Both the position numbers and the translations under genes were made by a program. From positions 64,001 to 128,000 of the IMG/VR virus record IMGVR_UViG_3300013121_000022: a stretch of 64,000 nt of DNA. The stretch is one strand, 5' to 3'. The first letter of the stretch is position 1. Every line of letters starts with the position of its first letter. The notes beneath the pieces were generated by a model. That model was not told the DNA's origin and did not search any database. It saw only the letters and a program-made list of their open reading frames with translations. Of the stretch, positions 1-8,635 are shown one piece after another. Source of the stretch: a virus (Duplodnaviria > Caudoviricetes).

Positions 1-139
1 GCACAATACCATGTATAACGCGAAAGTTGTTATCGGAATCAATGTTCAGCATGGTTTCGTAACCCGCTCGAACAATGATCGTTGGGTTGAGACGTAATAG
101 CTCTACAATAGTGTGTACGTTGCTCAAATCATTCGCCAT
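1..139 (-). CDS. hypothetical protein, truncated at window edge
   Basis: ATG at 139 overlaps the stop of the upstream ORF; the frame (MANDLSNVHTIVELL...) stays open to position 1. Confidence 0.5.
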   Translation of the reverse strand, partial: MANDLSNVHTIVELLRLNPTIIVRAGYETMLNIDSDNNFRVIHGIV

Positions 140-503
140 AAGCCGCCTCTATCGGTTGACTACACTCATCGCACGTCAGGCATTTATCTTCGTAATTAAT
201 CTCACAGCCAACGATCAAGAATTGATCGTCATCTCCACCAGCGCAACGCGAAATATTTTTATTGCAACATGCCGGACACAATATTCCATCGTCTTTTGTA
301 ATGTAATACAAAGGATACCCGCCCGGAAAAGCGTAGGCATCGTATTCCAGTCCAATCGGCCTCCACTCGCTATAATGCAAGTCCCATTCCTTAGCGTCGG
401 TCAGCGAGTCCCATTCTTGACCAATTTGTAAAATTTGATTTTTGAGAGACGCCTTTTCTCCAGCATACACAACAACGATATTGGGTTGAATAATTTTAGT
501 CAT
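129..503 (-). CDS. conserved phage hypothetical protein (YAFPGGYP motif, CxxC pairs)
   Basis: ORF track 129..554; likely start MTKII at 503 overlapping the upstream stop; CPAC and CDEC motifs. Confidence 0.65.
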   Translation of the reverse strand: MTKIIQPNIVVVYAGEKASLKNQILQIGQEWDSLTDAKEWDLHYSEWRPIGLEYDAYAFPGGYPLYYITKDDGILCPACCNKNISRCAGGDDDQFLIVGCEINYEDKCLTCDECSQPIEAAYGE

Positions 504-1506
504 CGTCATCCTCATAATCATTATGATCTTCATAATCGTAACCGTCAGCCGCATTCAATCGATCATCTGGCAAATTGATACCACCAGCATTGCGCCACAA
601 TTCTTTTGGAATATCAAAGCGATGCAAGTCTCTCGCCTTATCAAAAGCGGCAACCGCCGAACTTAGATTGTGATATTGATCAAAATGACTAACACAAAAA
701 CCAATCGATGTCACCCTCAGCGTCTTGGGATTGACCAGTGGAATTGTCCAATTTGCACCACGATAACGAAAGGTCACTTTGATTGCGTCTCGATTAACAT
801 TAGACCAGTCAACCAAATCTGCGCCCATAAAGCCTAATTGATTGCGGATTTTTTCTTCCAGAGTCAGCGTCTTGGCATTTGCTTCGGCCAATGCATTCTT
901 TCTAGACGCTTCTTTTTCTTCGGCCAAAATTCTTTCGCGTTCAAATCGAATGCGATCTGCCAAAATTCTAAATGGTTGCTGATAATGTCGTGGCGCATGT
1001 GTGATGTCAAAAGAATCGTTGCTCTGCTCGATCTGATACTGTAATTCTTGTGCCCATCGATCAACTGCCAAGCCATAGGCAATATCAACAAACAAAAAGA
1101 TACCGCCATACACTCCAACAACCACTCTATCTAGTGGCTGAATATTTTGATCGACCAAGTGAATGAGACGGGGTTCGCCCTCCCAATTCTTTTGACGAGC
1201 ATCTGAATAGTTATATGGCAAGCACAACCACGTTTGCTCCCCGACTGGACAAACGGCGATAACGGTAAATTTTTTAAGTCCGTCTAAGTAATATTGAATT
1301 TCCACAAAATTAGCTTCATCAACGATCTGCGCCGATCTACGATCTATTGGCTGAACATTAAACCATCCGCGTCTTGTATCGTTGACGTGAAAACGAAATG
1401 GAGTTCCGTCCTGAACAACCATGATGTCCACCGATCCAACACTTGGAATAGGCGCAACAAATGGTTCTGGTGTTTGATTGGCAATGCGACGAAAAGCGTT
1501 TAGCAT
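496..1506 (-). CDS. hypothetical protein of a type found next to TROVE/vWA-like genes
   Basis: 336-aa ORF with GGAGA SD, directly downstream of the Ro-like gene; family association is from recall only. Confidence 0.7.
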   Translation of the reverse strand: MLNAFRRIANQTPEPFVAPIPSVGSVDIMVVQDGTPFRFHVNDTRRGWFNVQPIDRRSAQIVDEANFVEIQYYLDGLKKFTVIAVCPVGEQTWLCLPYNYSDARQKNWEGEPRLIHLVDQNIQPLDRVVVGVYGGIFLFVDIAYGLAVDRWAQELQYQIEQSNDSFDITHAPRHYQQPFRILADRIRFERERILAEEKEASRKNALAEANAKTLTLEEKIRNQLGFMGADLVDWSNVNRDAIKVTFRYRGANWTIPLVNPKTLRVTSIGFCVSHFDQYHNLSSAVAAFDKARDLHRFDIPKELWRNAGGINLPDDRLNAADGYDYEDHNDYEDDDD

Positions 1507-1521
1507 GTTTATCTCTCCAAT

Positions 1522-1562
1522 AAAAAAAGCACTGACAAATTGTAACTCTGTCAGTGCTTTTT
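1522..1562 (-). terminator. intrinsic terminator after the Ro-like gene
   Basis: aaagcactgaca...tgtcagtgcttt inverted repeat with a U-tract on the minus strand. Confidence 0.8.
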
Positions 1563-1569
1563 GTCAACG

Positions 1570-3042
1570 CTAGAAGCTGTACCCGACAATCTTGGGTAAT
1601 TCGGTGTCCGCAATGATGTCTGCAATATTGCGTGTCTTATCCCCCGCAAACCAACCAACAATTGCATCACCAATGTACGGATCGAACGGTGTAGTTGTCA
1701 AATCATAATGAACAACTCGAATACCGGCATCTTCAAGAACCTGAATGTCGATGCTTGGATTTCCATGCTCCGAAGATGGCAGCTGAATGATTGACAAATT
1801 CTGAACACCAAGCTCCCTAAAAGTCTTGTAAGCTTCGGTTGTGTTTGATTCGTGTAAATCTCCGATCCAAACGACATTGGTCAAATCAACACCCTTGTCG
1901 TGTGCCTTTCGCAGTGCTACGTGAACTAACGTGCCGCCCGTTGCGCGAAGTTTCGAGAAATCACGTTGAACCTGCGTCAACGATTGGCTTGAGAATTCCA
2001 TTTGCGTAGCTGATGTGTTGTACATAAAGACATTGACAGGTTCATCAGAGGCCGCAACAATGATCGGGACAGTTTCGCGTGTCGTTGCAATGCTAACTTC
2101 CTGCGAACCCGATTGATCACCGATAATGACAGGCGGATGTGCAATTCGTTGACCCTGTTGAACTGCCTTTTCAGTCGTCTGTTGAATGGCGGCATTGATT
2201 TCGGCGTCCGATCCCTGAGTGCTTTTACGCTTTTGCAGTGTCGCCACTGACTTGGTTGCACTGGCAATCAACTTCAAGTAATGCGCCTTGACCTCTGGAA
2301 TAGCAAACAATCCAGAGCGTTCAATCCACGAACGACTATTCAAAGCCTCTTGCGGCGACATGCGCGACAACAAAGCCAAACCAATAGCGGCATCAACCTT
2401 TGGCAAAATCGAAACGGCAATGCGATAAGGAATCTTATGCTTCATTACCATCTCGGCCTTTTTGACTGGATCGGTTTCTGCGACGATCATCTTCAAGGCC
2501 GCGATCTTTGATCCTTCCGGTGGAGTATCACTAAATAACAAAGCACTAACGTATTGATTGGTAGGGACATAAAAATACTTGATCAACCACGTCAAAGACT
2601 TGCGGTTTTGAATTGATACAGCATCCAATAGCGCGGGATTTGCCATTAGGCTATTGACCCAATCAATGGCAATTTTTCGCGCCTGTCGAGTAATTGGCCT
2701 GTCACTCTTACGAATGTAATCCAAGACGCGAATCAACTGAAACGCCTCCAGACCATCGATCTCTTTGTGAAAATCAATTTGATAAACACGCTGACCCAAA
2801 GCCAAAGCCCGACCTGCTTCCCGAAACTCTGGATACTCTGGATCGGCCTGCAACAAAGTCACAATTGCGGCCATGACCTGATCGTTGATCTTACTGGTTG
2901 AGGCGATGTGAACCAGAGCGCGACTGATGAAGTTTGGATCGTTGTTCAGTAAATCGGCGTATGTGCCAACTAGCGGAGCAAGATCGCGATGGGTAACACG
3001 AGTCATCGTCTGATAAATCTGGTTGTTATTTAGTTCTGTCAT
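1570..3042 (-). CDS. Ro60/TROVE-like RNA-binding protein with C-terminal vWA domain
   Basis: Helical N-terminal region with KIPYRIAV..RMSPQEALN (TROVE-like); vWA MIDAS elements GDQSGS, ATGGT, WIGD; adjacent tRNA-like RNAs; likely start MTELNN at 3042. Confidence 0.7.
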   Translation of the reverse strand: MTELNNNQIYQTMTRVTHRDLAPLVGTYADLLNNDPNFISRALVHIASTSKINDQVMAAIVTLLQADPEYPEFREAGRALALGQRVYQIDFHKEIDGLEAFQLIRVLDYIRKSDRPITRQARKIAIDWVNSLMANPALLDAVSIQNRKSLTWLIKYFYVPTNQYVSALLFSDTPPEGSKIAALKMIVAETDPVKKAEMVMKHKIPYRIAVSILPKVDAAIGLALLSRMSPQEALNSRSWIERSGLFAIPEVKAHYLKLIASATKSVATLQKRKSTQGSDAEINAAIQQTTEKAVQQGQRIAHPPVIIGDQSGSQEVSIATTRETVPIIVAASDEPVNVFMYNTSATQMEFSSQSLTQVQRDFSKLRATGGTLVHVALRKAHDKGVDLTNVVWIGDLHESNTTEAYKTFRELGVQNLSIIQLPSSEHGNPSIDIQVLEDAGIRVVHYDLTTTPFDPYIGDAIVGWFAGDKTRNIADIIADTELPKIVGYSF

Positions 3043-3071
3043 TGTTCTCTCTCTTTCTGGATTCAAGAATT

Positions 3072-3099
3072 AAAAAAGCCCGTAACATGTACGGGCTTT
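3072..3099 (-). terminator. intrinsic terminator ending the ncRNA cluster
   Basis: Minus strand reads AAAGCCCGTA-catgt-TACGGGCTTTTTT. Confidence 0.8.
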
Positions 3100-3110
3100 A
3101 ATTTAAGTGT

Positions 3111-3225
3111 CCAGCGTATAAAGTCTCTGAGGGTGTTACATAGTGGGACTTGAACCCACAACTAATTCTTAAAAGGAATCTGCTTTTCCGGTCAGCTTTA
3201 TGTGTCTCAGAATGGAATACGCTAG
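3111..3225 (-). ncRNA. Y-RNA-like tRNA mimic 1 (Lys UUU anticodon arm; acceptor stem extended into the shared module)
   Basis: D arm, GATTC-CTTTTAA-GAATT, GTGGG-TTCAAGT-CCCAC; the ends pair as CTAGCGTAT.TCC..TCTGAG / CTCAGA.GACTTT.ATACGCTGG. Confidence 0.75.
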
Positions 3226-3229
3226 AAGG

Positions 3230-3359
3230 CGGCAGATGTAGGAATCGAACCCACTGTTCTTTTTTGGAAAAAAAGGATTTAACCATTGTGTGCGTTTATC
3301 AGAAATACGCTACCCGTTAGGAAACGTATACGTTGAAAAACATTCAACTTTTATCTGCC
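3230..3359 (-). ncRNA. Y-RNA-like tRNA mimic 2 (Gly UCC-like arm; module inserted in the D region)
   Basis: GGCAGAT/ATCTGCC acceptor, GTGGG-TTCGATT-CCTAC T arm, ~50-nt hairpin insert containing ATACGT/GCGTATTTC. Confidence 0.75.
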
Positions 3360-3466
3360 GTATTAAGTTTGAAAAGTACGGTTGACCTATACACCGAAAG
3401 GTTATTACTACAAAACACTCGTCACATTTGAGCATCTTTCGATTACGCTTGACGAGTCTGATTTCT

Positions 3467-3592
3467 TGGGGCGAAGCTAGGAATCGAACCTAGAGCGTCT
3501 ATTTACAAGATAGATTGTGTGAGTGTGTCTGAAATACGCCGGGTTATTCCGGCGTATAAAGCGAAACACTTTTTTGTCCATTACACTTCGCC
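3467..3592 (-). ncRNA. Y-RNA-like tRNA mimic 3 (Thr UGU arm; module inserted in the D region)
   Basis: GGCGAAG/CTTCGCC acceptor, TCTAT-CTTGTAA-ATAGA, CTAGG-TTCGATT-CCTAG; insert CTTTATACGCCGG-aataac-CCGGCGTATTTC. Confidence 0.8.
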
Positions 3593-3624
3593 ATGTGTCG
3601 GCGTTTTTACTGCCAACGTTTGCA

Positions 3625-3652
3625 ATTATATCCAGTTATTACTTCTTGTCAA
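3625..3652 (-). promoter_or_regulatory. sigma70-type promoter for the ncRNA cluster
   Basis: TTGACA-16 nt-TATAAT on the minus strand, ~30 nt upstream of RNA 3. Confidence 0.75.
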
Positions 3653-3929
3653 TAGGCAAATTTTTCTCTGTAAAACTTTGACGTTCTGCCTTTTTTTGCT
3701 CGTACTCGGCAATCAACTGGTCGTAATTTGTCGCTAAAAACGCATAACCAAAAACATTCCGACCACAGATATTGGTTAGCGCCGATTGAAATCGATCAAA
3801 CGGAACTGCTAAATATTCTTGATACAACTGAAAGTCACAAATTTGTTCGTCTGTCCAAGTGCTCCAATCAGTTGTGTTGCCCATGTGTATTGCTTCTTGT
3901 TTAGTCAGCTGGTGTTTAAGGTTGAACAT
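3639..3929 (-). CDS. hypothetical protein
   Basis: 96-aa ORF, tightly overlapping in the operon. Confidence 0.65.
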   Translation of the reverse strand: MFNLKHQLTKQEAIHMGNTTDWSTWTDEQICDFQLYQEYLAVPFDRFQSALTNICGRNVFGYAFLATNYDQLIAEYEQKKAERQSFTEKNLPIDKK

Positions 3930-4251
3930 AATTCATCTCCACATCACGCGCAAACCAAAAATCTTCTGTTTCTTCAAAGCCGCAATACGGACATCGAATC
4001 AATTCAATCAACTTCATGGTTTCAAATTCATTCGAATGATCGATGCGATAATTCCATAGACTCATAAACGTGTCTTCAGTTACTTCACATTTAGCGGCGT
4101 CCGAAAATAAATGTCCGTCTTGATCTGTAGCTGCGACAAAAAACACCCAAATTTGCGGTAGTTCACCTGCTGGAATTGACTTTCGACAATAACAATTCTT
4201 TCTACCGCAAACAGGGTGTTGAATTTTGCGACACTTCGGGCAATCAACCAT
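3916..4251 (-). CDS. Zn-finger protein
   Basis: CPKC, CGRKNCYC and CPYC motifs. Confidence 0.65.
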   Translation of the reverse strand: MVDCPKCRKIQHPVCGRKNCYCRKSIPAGELPQIWVFFVAATDQDGHLFSDAAKCEVTEDTFMSLWNYRIDHSNEFETMKLIELIRCPYCGFEETEDFWFARDVEMNYVQP

Positions 4252-4507
4252 ACTTGACTAAAGGCGCAATCAGGATCGATCCAGACTCTGGACGAGTAAC
4301 GGCGAAACGCTGTCCAGAAAGTGTGATTGGATTGTTCTGTGCCTGAGTTTCGTTCAGGAAATTCTGAACCAACGTCAACAGATGCGCGTCAGCAATCATT
4401 GGATCGGTTGTGACTTCATCCAAATAGAATCGCTCGAATTCACGATCTGGCGTATGTACCATAACCTGAACGTTTCCAAGTGTATTTGCAAGAATCAAGT
4501 CTGTCAT
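4244..4507 (-). CDS. small hypothetical protein ending in Gly (possibly ubiquitin-like)
   Basis: 87 aa, C-terminus RPESGSILIAPLVKYG. Confidence 0.6.
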   Translation of the reverse strand: MTDLILANTLGNVQVMVHTPDREFERFYLDEVTTDPMIADAHLLTLVQNFLNETQAQNNPITLSGQRFAVTRPESGSILIAPLVKYG

Positions 4508-4932
4508 TTTTTTCTCTCCCATCTAATTGCTAGTGTCGTTCCCGCCACTGGCTGAGTATCAAATTGAGCGTGGGCATAAAGCATCGAACAATATACAGCC
4601 GCGCCCAAATTTGTTTCTTCGTTTTTCAATACATGTGTTCCCCATTCCGATTTACGAATAATCATCTTTTGAAATTCGGAATAAGGATGTGGATAGACAA
4701 TGTTCAATAACGCGGCCTTGTTCCAAATGCGGGTTCTTACGATCAACTTATATCCATAGTGTTTTGCAACTAAACCGTGTATATAAGGTACAACCGCTGG
4801 ATCGGTGTAATCGTTTGTCTGTCCCTGAAAAGCTTTCTTGACCGTCAAATACAAAATCCAATCAAATTTATTTAGATTGATTTCGAGAACTCGACGGGCA
4901 TAATCTCTCATTGAATCGTATACACAGTTCAT
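4504..4932 (-). CDS. hypothetical protein
   Basis: 142-aa ORF with ATGA-type overlaps. Confidence 0.6.
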   Translation of the reverse strand: MNCVYDSMRDYARRVLEINLNKFDWILYLTVKKAFQGQTNDYTDPAVVPYIHGLVAKHYGYKLIVRTRIWNKAALLNIVYPHPYSEFQKMIIRKSEWGTHVLKNEETNLGAAVYCSMLYAHAQFDTQPVAGTTLAIRWERKK

Positions 4933-5073
4933 GAGAGGATTATATTTACAATATGAAATTTGTCAAGAGCCATGCACACCCCAAGCAACCACCACAGGCG
5001 CAAACTACAATTACGGCAACAGTTACACCCATAATGATATTGGTCTTGCGATCTCCGCCGACAACACAAGTGA

Positions 5074-5277
5074 TCATTTTGAAAGCAACTCGATAAGCTT
5101 TGCATTTCCTTCGTTGGCCTGTTCGAGACTGTCTTGAAGCTGCTTAATATCATCGCGCAACCAACCAACAAAAGTATCGTGTTGCTCAACTTCGGTTCGC
5201 AAATGCATGATTTCATGGCACATCATTTGCCATTCTTTGTGAGTCATAATCTTAAGTCCAAGTATTTCCATGATCAC
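5074..5277 (-). CDS. small coiled-coil protein
   Basis: 67-aa ORF overlapping the dcd stop. Confidence 0.5.
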   Translation of the reverse strand: MIMEILGLKIMTHKEWQMMCHEIMHLRTEVEQHDTFVGWLRDDIKQLQDSLEQANEGNAKLIELLSK

Positions 5278-5843
5278 ATCCTAGCTGGAACAACTTCTGA
5301 CGACTGACCTTGATATTTTCCCTTGCGGTCTGCATACGAAGTCAGACAAGGTTCGTCGGCCTCCAAAAACAAAATCTGACCAATACCTTCATTGGCATAT
5401 ACCTTTGCTGGTAAAGGCGTTGTGTTTGAAATTTCAATGGTTGCATAGCCTTCCCACTCTGGTTCAAAAGGCGTAACATTGATAATCAATCCACATCGAG
5501 CATATGTACTCTTGCCCAAGCAAACAGTCAAAACCGAACGCGGAATCTTGAAGCGTTCAATCGTCCGGCATAACACAAACGAATTCGGCGGGATGATGCA
5601 TTCATCACCGACAACATCAATAAACGCCTTCTCGTTGAATACCTTTGGATCGACTACTGCCGAGTGAGCGTTATGGAAAATTTTCCATTCAGGCGCAACC
5701 CGAAAATCATATCCGTAAGATGTCACGCCATAAGAAATGACTTTTCGTCCATCAACGTTGGATATTTGCGTTGGCTGAAACGGATTAATCAAGTTATACA
5801 AGGTCGCTTGTTCGATAATCCATCTATCGTTTTTTAGTCCCAT
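5274..5843 (-). CDS. dcd: dCTP deaminase
   Basis: [37 protein letters not shown] and KYQGQ motifs. Confidence 0.95.
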   Translation of the reverse strand: MGLKNDRWIIEQATLYNLINPFQPTQISNVDGRKVISYGVTSYGYDFRVAPEWKIFHNAHSAVVDPKVFNEKAFIDVVGDECIIPPNSFVLCRTIERFKIPRSVLTVCLGKSTYARCGLIINVTPFEPEWEGYATIEISNTTPLPAKVYANEGIGQILFLEADEPCLTSYADRKGKYQGQSSEVVPARM

Positions 5844-5855
5844 ATCTCTCTCCAA

Positions 5856-6833
5856 TTAAAAATCATGTATCTTGGCTGGTGAACCGACGTTAGGAGCGCT
5901 GACAGAAAATCCGGCCTGAACCAGTTCGCTGATAGCTCGCTGTTGATCAAAAACCTGTTCGTTCTCCGCAAAGTGAATTTCGCATTGAGTCTTGACTGGG
6001 CAATAGTTACATTTCCACCCAAATCCAAATCCATCCTCAGACCTTGCATTCGACATTGTTACCATTGGCCTGTCCATGTCAACGTAATGAGGCATTGTCT
6101 TTTTGATCCATGCCGATACATCTTCAATGTCGTCAAAATTGACGCGTTGATCTGCGCCGATCTGAACTCGTTTCACTGCCTCCATACTGCGATAAACCAC
6201 TTCGCCATAGCCTACATCAATCGGATCAACCTCAATCCAGTCGTCGGGCGTGGCCTGCCAAAACTCAATTCCATCGCGCAATTGAATGGGCTTACCGTCT
6301 ATGTCACTCAACATCCATCGATAGATGTTCAGTTGTTTTTTGTGCGTCGGCCAGGGCGAACCATACTTGGGAACGGACTTGGTTCGTTTGTAATCCCTAA
6401 TCAATGCCTGACCATTCTTATAGTCGAGCACGACCTCATCCATTCGCCCGGGGAGAATAAATTCCTTGCGATTGCTTCCGCGTCCCAAAACAACTCGTTT
6501 AGCAAATCGCTTTTCCCGAAATCCTTTGAATCCCTCTGGTTCAGGAGTCATTTCAACCATTGCATGAAAAAACGTACCGTCGATAGCGAATTGACCCTGT
6601 TCCAGTGAAAGCGTATAAGGACGATCTTGTTTCAGTCGAAATTCGCGGGGACATGTACCAGTAATGCTGGTTGCCGAAAATGCGTCATCACCCCGATAAC
6701 CCTTAACCATCAGGTATCCCATTGCATAAGTAAAGTCACTGGTGTTTGCGGGACTAGCTAACCATTGCAACAATTCATCTGCCGAAAAAACTCGTGTGGG
6801 TTGACTTTCAGTTGTGTAACCTAGTAATGTCAT
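5856..6833 (-). CDS. Cas4/RecB-like PD-(D/E)XK exonuclease
   Basis: TCPR...GRMD...DYK...QLNIY...CNYCPVKTQC (four-Cys Fe-S pattern). Confidence 0.85.
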   Translation of the reverse strand: MTLLGYTTESQPTRVFSADELLQWLASPANTSDFTYAMGYLMVKGYRGDDAFSATSITGTCPREFRLKQDRPYTLSLEQGQFAIDGTFFHAMVEMTPEPEGFKGFREKRFAKRVVLGRGSNRKEFILPGRMDEVVLDYKNGQALIRDYKRTKSVPKYGSPWPTHKKQLNIYRWMLSDIDGKPIQLRDGIEFWQATPDDWIEVDPIDVGYGEVVYRSMEAVKRVQIGADQRVNFDDIEDVSAWIKKTMPHYVDMDRPMVTMSNARSEDGFGFGWKCNYCPVKTQCEIHFAENEQVFDQQRAISELVQAGFSVSAPNVGSPAKIHDF

Positions 6834-6850
6834 TAGTTATTCCTTTCAAG

Positions 6851-7405
6851 TTAAAAGTTAGTGTGATTAATGTTTGCTAGATCAATGCGCCACATAGACG
6901 ACTCTTGGCTAACCGCCCATATCATGATAGATACAGAGTCAATGGCGTCTTGACTTGATTCGTTTTTTAGTTGAGGAAATAGACTTTTGATCTCTTTGGC
7001 GATCATTGCTTTACTGGCGTTTCCGTTTCCAGTCAAAACTCGCTTCGCGTCGTGTACCGCTACAGCTACCGGAATGGCGTGATATTCAAAACATGCGGCC
7101 TCTATTGCCATTTCAATTCGACCCAAAGCCCGTTGCACAACTCTGTTTTGCTTCTCTCGCATTTGACGCATCGGAAACGGTTCAGCCGGATAACCAGATC
7201 GATGCCAGTCGGTCATCTCGTAATAAACATGTTCAACGGGTTTCTTTGCAATCATTCGCTGGATTGCAATATATTTTCGAGTAAGCACCGATCCTTCTTT
7301 TTTAGTAGCGGTAGCCGGAAGATTGAATGTGCCACACTCAATAATTTTGAGTCCTTCAAAATAAGTAAAGCCCATTTTCTGTCCAAGATCAAGTGCTAGA
7401 TTCAT
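6851..7405 (-). CDS. ruvC: RuvC-like Holliday junction resolvase
   Basis: LALDLG, YYE, TGNGNASK and DAID motifs. Confidence 0.85.
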   Translation of the reverse strand: MNLALDLGQKMGFTYFEGLKIIECGTFNLPATATKKEGSVLTRKYIAIQRMIAKKPVEHVYYEMTDWHRSGYPAEPFPMRQMREKQNRVVQRALGRIEMAIEAACFEYHAIPVAVAVHDAKRVLTGNGNASKAMIAKEIKSLFPQLKNESSQDAIDSVSIMIWAVSQESSMWRIDLANINHTNF

Positions 7406-7767
7406 AGTATTGAAGTTAGCAATCCGCGTTTTTCGCGTGAGCGTTCATTGGCACATCTTGAACAATAGTCAGATCGCTTTGTAGGAACACCACATTGAAT
7501 ACAGAATCTCACAAGTTTTTCACGTGGTGTTTTGATCAACTTATGACACGAGAGTCCACATGGCAAATTCTCAAAAGGATAGAACATTCCTTTTTGGCAT
7601 TCCTCTCTAATCGTTCCAAGCGCTTCACAAATACAGTCGCGCCATGCGGCGGTTTCTTCACCCTCTACCGCTTTGGCTAACTTTATCGGCTTGAGTTGTT
7701 TGACCTGACCCGCTTTAGGGGATCGAGATTTCGGGATTCGTTTTTTACGTCGAACCATTTTGAACAC
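7402..7767 (-). CDS. Cys-rich putative Zn-binding protein
   Basis: CIQC...YCSRC motifs. Confidence 0.6.
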   Translation of the reverse strand: MFKMVRRKKRIPKSRSPKAGQVKQLKPIKLAKAVEGEETAAWRDCICEALGTIREECQKGMFYPFENLPCGLSCHKLIKTPREKLVRFCIQCGVPTKRSDYCSRCANERSREKRGLLTSIL

Positions 7768-7969
7768 GGTCTATAAGACTCAGAGCTTGTTCAAAACTTC
7801 GTTTGGCCTGCGTCAAGTGAATGAATGCACTTTGTAACGTTTGGTTGAGTTCCCGAACACTGTCGTCTGATTTATAAATCTCCCTAAGCAATTCAATCGC
7901 GTCTATATTGTCTGATAGATTTTTCAAGTGCTGGTTATAATCAACCGTTGCAATATCCAGTTCGTCCAT
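7745..7969 (-). CDS. hypothetical protein
   Basis: 74-aa ORF in the operon. Confidence 0.55.
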   Translation of the reverse strand: MDELDIATVDYNQHLKNLSDNIDAIELLREIYKSDDSVRELNQTLQSAFIHLTQAKRSFEQALSLIDRVQNGST

Positions 7970-7971
7970 AT

Positions 7972-8418
7972 TTATTTTGTCGCACCTAATGTATAAACGG
8001 CACGACGATCTCCGTTTTTAGTCTTGATCACTGCTGACTTGAAATCAGGCAAGTGTTGTTTCATCCATGTCAGATGTGGGCGCAACAAAGGTTCAGATAA
8101 AGAGTTGTTGTAGACCCATTGAGACATATCCCGCATATAAACTGTCTCGCCTTTACTTTGGGTGACAATGACATACTCCAGAACCTTCGCCCATGTTGGC
8201 CTGAGTTTAATAGTCTTACCCCGATACGTCAAGGTGTTATCCATAATGTTTAATACATACCCACCAAAGGCAACTTCATCGTTGTAACCGCGAAAAGTAA
8301 GCGTATCATACAAATATGTCAACGCTCGTTGGGGAGCAGTCATCAAAAGTTCATGATAAACTTTGCGCTCAAAGCTATTCAATTTTCTATAATCAGGATG
8401 CAAGTTTCTAGTGTCCAT
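7972..8418 (-). CDS. winged-helix (OmpR C-terminal-like) DNA-binding protein
   Basis: GKTIKLRPTWAKVLEY...VY...HL...IKT..G..Y pattern. Confidence 0.65.
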   Translation of the reverse strand: MDTRNLHPDYRKLNSFERKVYHELLMTAPQRALTYLYDTLTFRGYNDEVAFGGYVLNIMDNTLTYRGKTIKLRPTWAKVLEYVIVTQSKGETVYMRDMSQWVYNNSLSEPLLRPHLTWMKQHLPDFKSAVIKTKNGDRRAVYTLGATK

Positions 8419-8635
8419 GTTTGTCTGTGCCTTTTTTCGTGTCTTTTTTGTCTGTCTTAGAGTCCGACATTATCAGACCATCCTCAGACAATTCTCTCAA
8501 AACTGTCTGAACCTGTCCGACAGAGACATTCAATACCGAAGCTATGTCAGAAGTGAGTTCGTCGGAAATATCAAAATCATAAAAGAAGTATAGTTCATAT
8601 ACCTGAGAATGTAAGGGAGTGCGATACAATTTCAT
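8408..8635 (-). CDS. small HTH protein
   Basis: SDIASVLNVSVGQVQTVLRELSEDGLI winged-helix pattern. Confidence 0.65.
   Translation of the reverse strand: MKLYRTPLHSQVYELYFFYDFDISDELTSDIASVLNVSVGQVQTVLRELSEDGLIMSDSKTDKKDTKKGTDKHGH

Noticed and set aside
3098-3286. 62-aa ORF (and the plus-strand ORF 3519-3737) over the ncRNA cluster
   Set aside because: They overlap clear tRNA-like folds, have no SD or recognisable motifs, and are best explained as shadow ORFs.
3230-3592. Ordinary tRNA genes with introns, or decayed pseudo-tRNAs
   Set aside because: The inserts are too short for group I/II introns, show no clear bulge-helix-bulge, and share a motif that RNA 1 carries at its termini. Splicing is not formally excluded.
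5943-6608. Long antisense ORFs (e.g. 5943-6608, 21531-22139, 51310-51708 extension)
   Set aside because: They lie opposite better-supported genes and show no recognisable features.
5856-6833. CRISPR-Cas locus suggested by the Cas4-like gene
   Set aside because: No cas1/cas2 and no regularly spaced repeat-spacer array were seen in the window.
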